This document shows positions 50,237-61,277 of a stretch of DNA of 64,000 nt, one piece after another. Both the position numbers and the translations under genes were made by a program. Source of the stretch: Lytechinus pictus (Eukaryota); the NCBI RefSeq assembly GCF_037042905.1, contig NC_087250.1:19470001-19534000 (forward strand), in the 5' to 3' direction. The number at the start of each line of letters is the position of its first letter. The first letter of the stretch is position 1. The notes under the pieces were generated by a model. The model made no database searches and was not told the DNA's origin. It saw only the letters and a program-made list of their open reading frames with translations.

Positions 50237-51239
50237 AAATAAAAAATAATACTAATACAAATAATAATGCTAATACTAATAGGTTCCTTTTATCTCGCAT
50301 TTCAAGACAGGGTAAATTCACACTGCGCTTGACATGAAACAAACTTCTTTAAACATTTCAAACTTATGTCTTCATGCATCAATCAACATACTTTAAATGA
50401 ATACAAAACAAAGTGCATTTTAAATAAAACAAAACTAAATAAATAGTTAACAATACAGAAAAGATGTAGCTGCTGCAAGCTTAACAACAAACTAATGTAT
50501 ACCAGTCAGTCCTGATATCAGTATTAGTGTAACAATAGTCATATAGTGGGAGCATGAAGTTGAACAATTCATGATTATACATAATTATATATGTTTGTTT
50601 GAATAATACTTGTTATAAAGATAGTAGTATGGTACTCTCTGTCACGAATTATTATGTATACTGTTGTATCACATTCATTTTCTATTCTGTTTTAGATTGC
50701 GCTGATGCATTTTGCACACAATGTATAATGCCTATAACACGAGTGGGCCAGACCACACATGTATTTCAATAAAAACCGACTTGAGAAAATAACGTGTATA
50801 TAAATATATAAATAAATAAATAAATAAATGCATATAATGTATATATATATGTATAAATATCATATACCTGTAATATAATCTGATATAAACTAATAAATAA
50901 ATAAATAAATATAATACATATCATATATGAGAAGGTATTGCTAGTACTCGGTTCGTGCCTGAAAAGTAGTCTCGATGAAAAGAAAAAAGTGAATGCGGCT
51001 AATAACAATAAACACAATTACAATAATGATGAGGATTATTATTATCATCATCATAATTATTATTAATATTATAATTGTTATCATTATTATTATTACTATT
51101 ATTATCATCATTATGACTTATTAAGTAACCAAATATAATTCCCCAAAACCTGGGGGGGATGATTGTACATGCCATCCCCCCCACCTTGTGAGGTGGGGGG
51201 GATGCATCCCCCTCATCCCCCCCGTTGTCTACGCCCCTG
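49378..51239. mobile_element. hAT-like non-autonomous element, copy 2 (1862 bp)
   Basis: Same TIRs as copy 1, different 8-bp TSD atcactgc (49370-49377, 51240-51247); body appears identical to copy 1. Confidence 0.93.
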
Positions 51240-52010
51240 ATCACTGCCCTCGCAATATGGCACCTGTATATATGTTATATCCTGTATAATAATTGTAAAT
51301 ATGTCATAAACCTTTATACATGTACATGTAATATGTTTTAGCCTTCATTTGCCCCCACGTACGGGGACAAAAGGCGTTCTTTCAATTGAAAGTTCTAAGT
51401 TCCGTAATTCTTTCTTTCTCTCTCCGTAAATTCATTTTTGATTATGGAGGATAGCGCTAGGATACCATTACCGTTCCACACCATGTACCAGTACCAGCGA
51501 CCAGCGCAGAACCATCACCAACGCTAAACTTTCGGTAATTATTCGATAATTTGATGATATCATGGTTATTTTTCTAGATTTTCTCAAAAAAGCATAAATA
51601 TGGTAAATTATCATGATTAACTTTCATAAATTGCAATTAGAATTAATTTATGTACGTTTTTGTGTCGCATTTTGACCTCTTCATGCTCAGTTTGGTTTGG
51701 CCTTTCTTTTGCCATGGGTTCGGCCTCGGCTACCTCGGGCGTAACCCAGGGAGCTCCTGCCCGCGCAGCGGGCAGGAGCCAAGGGGCTTACCGTGTATTT
51801 GACCATACTCACGGGACTAGGGTGATTTATGGTCTAAATATTTCTCCCTGGGGTTACCTCGGGCGATGTTCGTGCAGGCTCCACTTCACTACCGCTACAC
51901 TACGCTCCACCTACCCGAATATATTACTAACCTCGCGCAAAGAACCTCGTTTGGCAGTACAGTGCCAGTGGATTCCTAACTAGTCACTAGTAATACTACT
52001 ACTACTCACT

Positions 52011-52126
52011 TAGACCAAAAGCTTCAGTCTCTGTATTTTGGTTGTTCCGCTGAACTGCGTTGGCTCACTAGACCAAAAGCTTCAGTCTCTGTATTTTGGT
52101 TGTTCCGCTGAACTGCGTTGGCTCAC
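52011..52126. repeat. 58-bp tandem doublet, third copy at about 17963-18023
   Basis: tagaccaaaagcttcagtctctgtattttggttgttccgctgaactgcgttggctcac twice. Confidence 0.9.
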
Positions 52127-52484
52127 TCACCATACATAATGGTTAATGGGGATTACAGTAAAATGTCAGAAATTGTTGAATAAATCCCCAGAAACGACGG
52201 TTATTCCTGTCTACTACTCACTATACTACTACTAGTAGTACTACTAGTACTAGTGGCAGTGCCTGGGTTGCGCATGCTGCGACGCAACTTCTGGCCTCCA
52301 GCTACACAACACACAACTTCTCTAATTGGCTTGATTTTTCTGTGCGCAGCGGCATGTAATGAACCCTTGAATTGAGTGTTCTTTGACAAACTTGGGGAAA
52401 GTAAAAAAACGCAGTAGATCTATTCTAGGCCTATGAAAGATGAAAGAGATTTCCATTCAGTTTTATCATCACTTACTCAGTCTG

Positions 52485-53680
52485 ATGGTGGGCCCCAAGT
52501 CTGCGCACCTAACAATTTGAGTTAAGATTTAACATGAATTTCTTCTTTTTTCACAAAATCTTTTGGTTAATAGTGTTTCTTATATTTATTATTAAGAGTA
52601 AGTGTAGGCCTACCAAATTTCTCATTAAAAAATGAAAGAAAATATAAGATTTTCTTGAAAAAACCTTTGGGCAGTCATTTTCAGATCGAAAAAAAAATGG
52701 TACCCCATGTCTGCGCACTCATTCACTTTGCACACGATTCAGGGATTTTGTTGTTGTTGTTGTTCGTTTTGGGCCTGTTTCACGCCCTAGTAGTCTCCTC
52801 GGTAGACACTTACTGTTGAGAACTCAAAGGTAGAAAAACTGAGCCTAGGTAATTGTTTTGTTGGCTAGTTTGGCTAGATGTTAGCGCTGGTGGATGAGAC
52901 AAATGCTACCACCGATGCTCTAATTATAGATTGCATTTGCTTGGTCATTGCAGGGTTGAAGCCCAGGAGGGTGACCACCGAGATCTCTCTGAGATGGTAT
53001 GGAGTGTTAGTTTTGCTGTATCCTATCTCTATGGTCTGTATCATCTTCAGTCTACTGGACTCATAGAGTGAACAGTGGAGAAGGACATGCTCTATAGTTT
53101 CCCTGTCTCTGTTGCAACTGCAGTTAGGTGAAGGGTGGTTGTGAGGGAAAATTCTGTGCATATTGTCATTGAGTTTGGTATGTCCTGTGAGCATCCTCAT
53201 CAGCTTCACTTCTGTGGATCTTGGAAGAGAGCTGTGTGCATTCTTCCTGGCAACTGTGGGCTGGAGTTGGTATGTCCATCTTCCTTTTGTAGATCTGTCC
53301 CATCGTCGTTGCCACATCTTCTCAGTGTTCTTACGGATAATCTTGGCACTTTCCTTGTGCAGAGTAATTTCAGAAGCTAATGATGATGAGCTTGCAGCTT
53401 CCAAAGCAGCATCCTTGGCTAGTTGGTCAGCAAGTTCATTTCCCATGATATTTGCATGCCCAGCGATTTTGATGACAAAGGCTGCATTTTGAGGCCGTCA
53501 CATGAAAGGCCCTGAATTCATTATTTTTCCACCACTTTGAGTCGGATTTTTAAATGAATACCTGTCTATGTATTGCATGTGTAAAGTTCATGCTCGTTGC
53601 GTATTTACTTTTACTAGAATCGCGCAGATACCCGGGTGCGCAGACTTGGGAGACCGCGCAGACTTGGGGGAACTGACCAT
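52485..53680. mobile_element. MITE (ccaagtctgcgc / gcgcagacttgg ends) interrupted by a LINE
   Basis: Imperfect terminal inverted repeats; right half homologous to 8980-9372. Confidence 0.55.
52751..53464 (-). mobile_element. 5'-truncated RNase H-bearing LINE (I/Nimb/Ingi group)
   Basis: ORF 52874-53446: IAGHANIMGNELADQLAK (RNase H C-terminus), WQRRW, RMLTGH, CSC-x6-TIEHVLLHC zinc finger; (CAA)n tail; TSD gattttg at 52744-52750 and 53465-53471. Confidence 0.9.
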
Positions 53681-54499
53681 ATATTGCTTCATTACCATGA
53701 AATAATGTATCATTGTGTAATTCAATAGAATAATAATAGATTAGAAACACGGAGGGTGCCCTCTATGGTGAAGTCCCCTCAAAATAATAAAAATTGTCGA
53801 AAAATTACACAAAAAATTGAGCTTGTAAAATTTTGTAATCAACAAGTCTCTTTAGTTGTTATGTGTATCTTTTTTTTACATCTTTAAGTTTGTAGATTTT
53901 GATGTAGGCCGTATACTATTATTACTAGCAAAACACTGGGGTGCCCGCTACACACTATGGCCCCCTCTTTAGTAAAATTCCAGCCTTCTTGAGACAAATC
54001 CTGTGAAGTTTGGGATTTTACCATTGAGGGAGCCCTCCTTTCTAAGCTATCAATTTCCTCTTGACTTACATTATTTCTTAATAGTGAGGCAATGTCGACT
54101 GAGTAAGTTATGATAAAAATGAATTTAACATGTTCTTCATCTGTAGATACTGCGATTTTCCAAGGGCAAATAGAGCATTCGCTTCAAATCTACATTTACG
54201 TCAATATCTCAAAAGACAACAACATAAATGTTTGGTTTTTGCCTGAAATAGGCACATATCTACAATTTGATCATAAAGAATACTTGCGAAATGGAATAGT
54301 TCCGAGTGGCTTGGAAAGAATGAAATAAATGCTTATTATCTCAACTTGTGCAAAATGTAGATGCTGCGTTTTTCTATGGGGAAAACCCTAAGTTCAGTGT
54401 ACATGTAGATACTGCGTTTTGCAATATTAACTGAAAAATTTCATTCCTAAAGAAATTCAGAAATCTTGATATGTCATGTGGAAAAAGGTGGTTTACTAA

Positions 54500-54646
54500 C
54501 TTATGAAAAAAAGTGAAAATTAAAAAAATGTCAAAAAGGGCAGTTCCCCGGTTACTTTTATGAAAAAAAGTGAAAATTGAAAAATGTCGAAAAGGGCAGT
54601 TCCCTGACTACTTTTATGAAAAAAAGTGAAAATTTAAAAAATGTCA
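54500..54646. repeat. ~57-bp tandem repeat, about 2.5 copies
   Basis: ttatgaaaaaaagtgaaaatt..aaaatgtc..aaagggcagttccc repeated. Confidence 0.85.
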
Positions 54647-55401
54647 GATACTTTGTTTTTCTGTAAGTGTGCAGAAATAGCGTGTGCAGTGTTAATTTTT
54701 TATCACATATTTTGTGCTAATGGTAATGTGCGACATATGGACAATTCCACGTTATTCACTTTACACAATTTAGTTAACAGAGCATATTGTAACTGCAATA
54801 TTTTGGTTATTGGGTAGTTTGACAATCTCTCTTTCTGTATAAGGTTTATGATATATCTTAATCCACCTTGGTATGTAATAATAATTCAATTCAATAATTC
54901 TATCCAGAAAATATAAACAAGCAAACGATTGTTACGTTACATTTTTTAAGTCAAGAACATGACTTTGTTAAAAAAGTGTCCTCATACTGGGTGGAATAAC
55001 CAGTAGTGGGTTTATGATTTTTATAACTGGCATAGAGGTTCACAAATGTAGATGCTCAGAATTTTTGAAAAATTACACATGTTTGACAAATTTACCAAAA
55101 TTAGCATTACTCACATTACTCACGTTACATATTTTTAACGTAAATCCTTGTCATGCTCCTGACCATGAAAATTTGCTTGAAACTTTGTATTTAGATGTAA
55201 TTTGCTATTGAAATTATTTTAGGCATAAAAAGAGAGATTCTCACCTGAATATTGTGTAGTGTATATATATATGCTGTTCATTGTTTTGTTAATTTGTTAT
55301 ATTGTTCATTTGTTAAATTTGTTCATTTCACTTGTTCATTTGTTATATTTTTTTAACAAGGTTCCGGCCCCGGACCGCGCCAATTCACTGTATATCTCCT
55401 G

Positions 55402-55580
55402 GTGGGTGTTTCATAAAGCTGTTCGTAAGTTAAGAGCGACTTTGAGAACGACTGGTGATCCTTTCTTGTGGTAAATGGTATATTCATTGGCGACGGTTTA
55501 GCGCATAAGAAAATAAGAAAGGATCGCCAGTCGTTCTTAAAGTCGCTCTTATCTTACGATCAGCTTTATGAAACAGCCGC
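55402..55580. mobile_element. Harbinger-like palindromic MITE
   Basis: tgtttcataaagctg..cgtaag.taagagcgactt / aagtcgctctta.cttacga.cagctttatgaaaca, CWG flanks. Confidence 0.75.
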
Positions 55581-55749
55581 CAGGAGCTAGGAGCTGGACA
55601 TAGAGGAACAGAAGATCCTGCGTTCATGACTAAACCTTATGTAACCTTATGTAGACCCTGTATATCGTAATTCACATGGATAATTTGTGAATTATTCTTC
55701 TTCATGCAGAACTCTGACTGAGCCAGAGGTTTCAAGAATCTGTTTCACT

Positions 55750-57215
55750 ATGAGCTACCCACCACCAGGAGGAGGAGGGGGTTACCCCTACCCACCCGAT
55801 GGTGGAGGGGGTTACCCCCCTCAGCCACCCCTCAATCAGGCCTACCCACCCCCGGGACCAGGAGCGGGCTATCCACAACCACAGACGGGCGGAGCTGCCG
55901 GGGCGTATCCACCCCCACAGACAGGTGGAGCTGCTGGAGCATATCCACCCCAGCCTTACCCTGGAGGAGCCGGAGGGGTAAGTTCCTTACCAACCTCTTC
56001 ACCTCTTTGCTGTTTAGGCCTCGGCCTTGGCCCAATTCACGGTGTACAAAGTCTATTTGAGATGGGTTTTCTCTAGTGGTTTTGAAATTAATACCAATGA
56101 AATTAACAGCCTCGACTACATTTACATTCCTGCTTGTTCAGATCCTCATGATATTTTCATTGTATACATTACAGGTGCCACCACCTGCCTCTTACAACCC
56201 CCCACCCCCAGGGGGAATCCAACCCCAGGGATACCCAGGACAACCACTATCTTACCCCACCCAGGGACAAGTACAGGTAGGAATATTTGGATGTTTGTGC
56301 CATCTTTAATGTGTATTAAACAGATATATAACACTATCATTAAGTTCATTTATTCACTCTAATCGCGGCTTTGGTATTTAGATCAGTTTTGTTTACAATA
56401 TTGATGCTTATGTTGTCATCCATTTCCATTTGACCTTCACCTTACTTCCTACTTCTCTAGTCATTCCTCCCGTATACAGATGTTTTTTAATAATTCCTTA
56501 CATTCTCACATTTGATTCTTTTTAATCATTCCAATGTCAGTATAATAGTAATACATGTAATAATAATGTAATATCTCACTCAGGGTAGCCACTTCAGTTC
56601 CGAAAACTATTCTCCCAGCGGGCCCTGCTTAACATGATTATGTTATTATTACCCTGGCTTTAGCATGGCTACTTTGAACGGGTGCTCAAGCATTCAAGAA
56701 ATTTCTTCCTACCGGGTACCAATTCACCTCACCTGGGTCGAGTGCAGCACAATGTGGGTAAATTTCTTGCTGGCGGAAAACATGCCATGGCTTGGAATAG
56801 AACCCACGCCCCTCAGATTGAGAGACGAGAGTCATAACCACTAGACCACGACGCCCCCACATTTAATCATTGAAGTGGTGAAGTTTATAGACCACGTGGC
56901 ATTTTACTTTTATGTAACTTTCTATTGTCTAATTCCTAGTACCCACAAGCACCGGGCACTTACCCTGGTATGGCTCCAACGGGCTATCCAGCCTCTGGCT
57001 CCGTCGGGGTAGTTGTGCATGGCAAGAAGAAGAAGCAGAAGAAGCTGAAGAAACACAAGCAAAAGCGTCACTCATCATCTAGTTCTTCCAGCTCCTCATC
57101 ATCATCGTCGTCATCGTCGAGTTCATCGAGCAGTGACTCTGATTGCAAAGGCCATGGTCATAAGGTGAAGGTGAAAAAACATAAGAAGAAGAAGAAACAC
57201 AAGGATATGTGGTGA
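55750..57215 (+). CDS. PRR13: PRR13-like proline-rich protein, 201 aa, three coding exons (55750-55977, 56175-56276, 56940-57215)
   Basis: GT..AG phase-0 introns join an open frame: YPPP/GYPP/GGA repeats, then GVVVHGKKKKQKKLKKHKQKRH, poly-Ser, DSD and a second K/H-rich tail. The order Pro-rich, short hydrophobic stretch, K/H-rich, (S)nDSD is that of vertebrate PRR13/TXR1. The gene model is solid; orthology is less certain because of low complexity. Confidence 0.75.
56575..56858 (-). mobile_element. tRNA-derived SINE in the last intron of the PRR13-like gene
   Basis: Minus strand ggggcgtcgtggtctagtggtt (A box), gggttctattcc (B box), body tgctgcactcgacccaggtgaggtgaattggtacccgg. Confidence 0.8.
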
Positions 57216-57228
57216 ATTCAAAGAACTG

Positions 57229-58010
57229 GGGGGTGTTTCACAAAGATGTAAGTATGACTTAGAGTCGCAGTTAAATACTGAGTTGTGTACGGTATAAATG
57301 CTTGACCGCATTGTTCAGATCATGTCATGACGACGCACACTACTGCGTATCTATCAATAAGATCGCGCGTTGCATATGATGTACACGTCAGCATTTAAGT
57401 GCGACTTAAGTCATACTTAAATCTTGGTGAAACACCCCCCTGGGCCCCGTAACATAAAGGTAAGTGAGTAATCGCAAATTGTAAGAGCAATTTTGATTGG
57501 TTCCTCATTACTGAGTACAATGCATATACTTACAACAATATTGTAATATAGACAGGCTATTTTTAAATAGCGATTAATCGCTAACCTTTGTGTAATGCAA
57601 TCTCTAACCTTTGTGTAATGGAGCCTGGCCTGGGGAGCTTTTCATGAAACATATTGTAGTGATATTTGCTGACTGATTTGTTCTTAGCCAATCAGATGCT
57701 AGAAATTTCTGTAGCTTATGACTATTTTCAGTGAAAATCACTGAATAATTTTGATCAAGAAATGCTCTCCAGGGGCCAGTCTTACAAAGAGTTACTATTG
57801 ATCCAACCGATCGCAACTAAGCCAGCAAAGTCAACATTTGAAATGCATGTTTGCTCAAAAATTTATCTACATATGAATGTATATCCATAAATTCATTGAT
57901 TACTTGACAAGTTAGTGTGTTCTCCTTTGTTTACAAAAGACATTTTGCAAATTTCCTGTAGAAAAATTGACACTGATGGATTTCCTTAGAGTTACAATTG
58001 ATTGGATCAA
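57229..58010. mobile_element. Chain of four abutting Harbinger-like MITEs
   Basis: ggggtgtttcac..gtgaaacacccc (57229-57440), ggccccgtaacataaagg..cctttgtgtaatggagcc (57443-57626), ggagcttttc..gaaatgctctcc (57633-57770), gggccagtcttacaaagag.. (57773-58010), joined at CTG/CAG. Confidence 0.75.
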
Positions 58011-58869
58011 TGTATCATGGGACTGGTAAACACTTTAGTAACATGAATATCAGTATATGGGACTAGAGTGAAATTTCAGATCAGATAATTGGTATCTTTG
58101 GAAGTTTTAAAAGGTGAAGAAATTAAATATCTAACATATTTTGTCAATATCATACTTATAATTAACATACACAAAAATCAAGTTAAAAATTATTTGTCCG
58201 GGGGTCAAACTCAAGGTCAAATTAAAGGTCAAAGTTCATGACCTTATAAATCGCTCCAATACATTATTTGATGCATGTTTTGGATTCCTCTCTGAATTTC
58301 CTTTTGAATAGTACCAGTTTTGTGAAAATTGGTCAACACGTTACAAGGCAATGGCCATTGAAAGTTGAAGGTCACGCCCATTTTTGTCAAAACAAGGAGA
58401 AAAGGCCGGGCCATAGCACGAAAACAGACGGACCGATTGGACTAATTTTTTTCGTTTTGTGCTTTGGCCATGGGTGATTTTATGTGTACCAATTTATAAC
58501 AAAACTGAGAGGCTTGGGTGCAACCACTGGATGAATCCAGATGGAATGACCCAAATGTGTTATTACAACAAGTTTTATGAAACAGGGCCCTGGTATTTGA
58601 TATCATGGGATTGCACTTATCTTTTTGAAACATTGTGCATGGTGTAGGAAAATGACATGTAGTTAAAGATTTACATGTAGTAGGAAGACAAAAATAAGTT
58701 TGCATCTGTCCCCTTTTGTAAGGAAAATACTCATTATGAAGAAAAGCAAGAGAAGGATAGTATGGATCTTATGCACAAATCAAAAGACAAGAAACAAAGA
58801 ATTAAAATTAAAAAAGGTGAAGAGTAGGAGAAGAATTGAAATGAAGGATTGAAGTGAGAATCAAAGTGA

Positions 58870-59116
58870 TTAAGAAGGAGAAGAGGAGGAGAAGAGGAGG
58901 AGGAGAAGAGGAGGAGAAGAAGGAGGAGGAGAAGGAGGAGGAGAAGAAGAAGAAGAAGACAAAGAAGAAGGGGAAGGAGAAGAAGAAGAAGTGGAGGAGG
59001 AGAAGAAGAAGAAGAAGAAGAAAAAGAAGAGGAGAAGAAGAAGAATGAGGAGAAGAAGAAGAGGACGACAAGAAGAAGAGGACGACAAGGGAGAAGGAGG
59101 AGAGGGAGAAGAAGGA
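58870..59116. repeat. Polypurine (GAA/GGA)n microsatellite
   Basis: About 250 bp almost purely A/G. Confidence 0.95.
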
Positions 59117-60034
59117 TGAATTATCTTCTATGACACAGAGGCAGTATTCTTTGTGGCTGTATAGTATTTGTTTTTTCTCTATGCTTCCATGATATAGTTA
59201 AGCAGTACTTTGTATTTTGTAATATTACAAATCTTTATCATGAATATCAATATCAGACTCTGAATAATGTTGGTAATAAAGTGTGCTTTTTTATTGCTAT
59301 GAATCGCATTACATACAATTTCTATTCATTGACAATAGTATTTTTTTCCTGTTCAGCTGTTCATTATTTGAATTGTTAGTTGCCTTGGACATTCATTGGA
59401 TTAGATATGTGTGCATTAGAAATTGACTTATTATTATTCTGAATATTATTATTATTATTATGAATTAATTGATAAAAACTTCATGACTATTTAGAGTCTT
59501 GTTGTTTCATGTACATTGTTTTGTGAATACCCATGAGCATACAATTTACAAACTTCTTCCTCAATTTAATTAGATTTTTTTTTTTCAGACAGAGCATGTC
59601 ACCTTCTTTTGGGTGTAAACCAAAAGACATGTTATTATAACAAATGAAGCATTCTGTAACAAATTTACCATCAGCCAATCTGATGGAAGGATTTCAGTAG
59701 CTTATAACTGCTATTGCAGATTTGTTATTTTAACAAGTTTTATGAAACAGGCCTCAGTCTTTCCATCTAATTTCTTTATTAGCTCATGATCTTGGATTGG
59801 TGTTTTCATGTATATTATATAGTCTTTCATTTTCAAATATTATTTAACCACACTCAGTCATACACACAGTACGACAGTAATATACTGGTACATATATATA
59901 TTTTTTTTTTAATCAACTTATCTATCAACTTTAATGCTGTAGAAGTTTTGATGTTTGATTTAGAATGTATAATATTAATTCATCAAGGGTTTGACTGCAT
60001 TTATAATTAAATGAATGGTGGAGGTGTTGATTTT

Positions 60035-60203
60035 AAGAAAGCATGAATGCTACAAGCAAGCAACCAGAGGACCTCTCTGAGGGACCTGGTAATGAGGATA
60101 AATGCCTTACCAAAGGGGCACTAGCGCATTGAGTGGGAATCGAACCTGGGTCACAGGAATTTGAAAGCCGCCCCGCTCTGTACCGACTGAGCTATCGCGC
60201 CTC
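60035..60203 (-). mobile_element. tRNA-derived SINE
   Basis: Minus strand gaggcgcgatagctcagtcggt (A box), ggttcgattccc (B box), then gtgcccctttggtaaggcatttatcctc. Confidence 0.75.
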
Positions 60204-60789
60204 CTCTATGAATGATGTATGGAAGTTCTTTATTGAGCAAGAATGATATATTTTTTTAAAGTAGTACTAGTTCAAGGAAGATCGTGCAGAGAAACACATT
60301 TAAGTATGAATATAAGAATGACCCAATTAAGTACATGAGAGCTCATTTCAAGTTAACCAAGAAAAACAACCTCCCCCCCCCCAAAAAAAAAAAAATGAGT
60401 GTGAAGAAAGAAAATGATAAAGTAAAGTAAACCTTACTTGAAGTGCCATTTATTTTCATGACAATACAAATGTCTGCAAAAATATTTAAATTTCAAAAAC
60501 TCAGATGCCAGTAAACTCATATGCAATAAAGCAGCAATACCTAATGTGCCAATTATAAAAAAAACTTTGTATTGTGGTCCTGAGAGACTGTCTGTTTTTT
60601 TTTCTTCAATATAATTATGATGAAAATATGATTTTTTAAAGGTATTATGTCACTGGTTGTTTCCTCTTGTGCATACCACAGTGTACAAAAAAGTTTATAA
60701 AAAAAGCTGTACCTACATGTATGTATCAAATGTCTTCATTTCACACATTATTCATACTTGCCTCTCTATATTGGTACTTTGCCTATTAA

Positions 60790-61277
60790 AGGGGCAGTTC
60801 ACACTGACAAAAGTTTATTTTTAGGAAAAAAGCTGTAAAAATAATTGAAAATATTAGTGAAGGTTCAAGGAAAATCTATCAAGGATGAAAAGCTTTAATT
60901 AGATATATTTTTTTTATTGTGACATCATTAGCGAGCAGCTTTCTCATGTATTTCATGTAGAAAAGAAATCAATAAAAAATGTAAATTTTTGACAAAAGTG
61001 AAAATGTTTTTTATTGTATCTTCAGTACATCACAGACAAATCATTTCACCCCTGCTCCAGAAAGACAGTTTTTTCAGTCATCATGGACCATTATAAAAAA
61101 AAAAAAATTTATGCATTTTAGAATTACATAACATTTTGGGTAGCTGCACCCAAGTAAAGTCACAGATAAAAAATAGAAATAAAGATTTTCTTAATCCTTG
61201 ATGGATTTTTCTCAAACCAGGCTTAATCAATATTTTTTCAATACATTTTTCTGGTATTTTTACAAGAAACTATCCCT
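60790..61277. mobile_element. Old Kolobok-like MITE
   Basis: TTAA|aggggcagtt...aactatccct|TTAA. Confidence 0.55.

Noticed and set aside
44209..51239. Pair of LTRs or an assembly duplication
   Set aside because: Each copy has its own TIRs and a distinct 8-bp TSD; no gag/pol lies between them.
52874..53446. Host RNase H gene
   Set aside because: Only the C-terminal RNase H motif is present, with a LINE zinc finger, (CAA)n tail and TSD: a truncated retrotransposon.
58808..59088. K/E/R-rich and S/F/L-rich ORFs
   Set aside because: Translations of a (GAA/GGA)n microsatellite with no splice or homology support.
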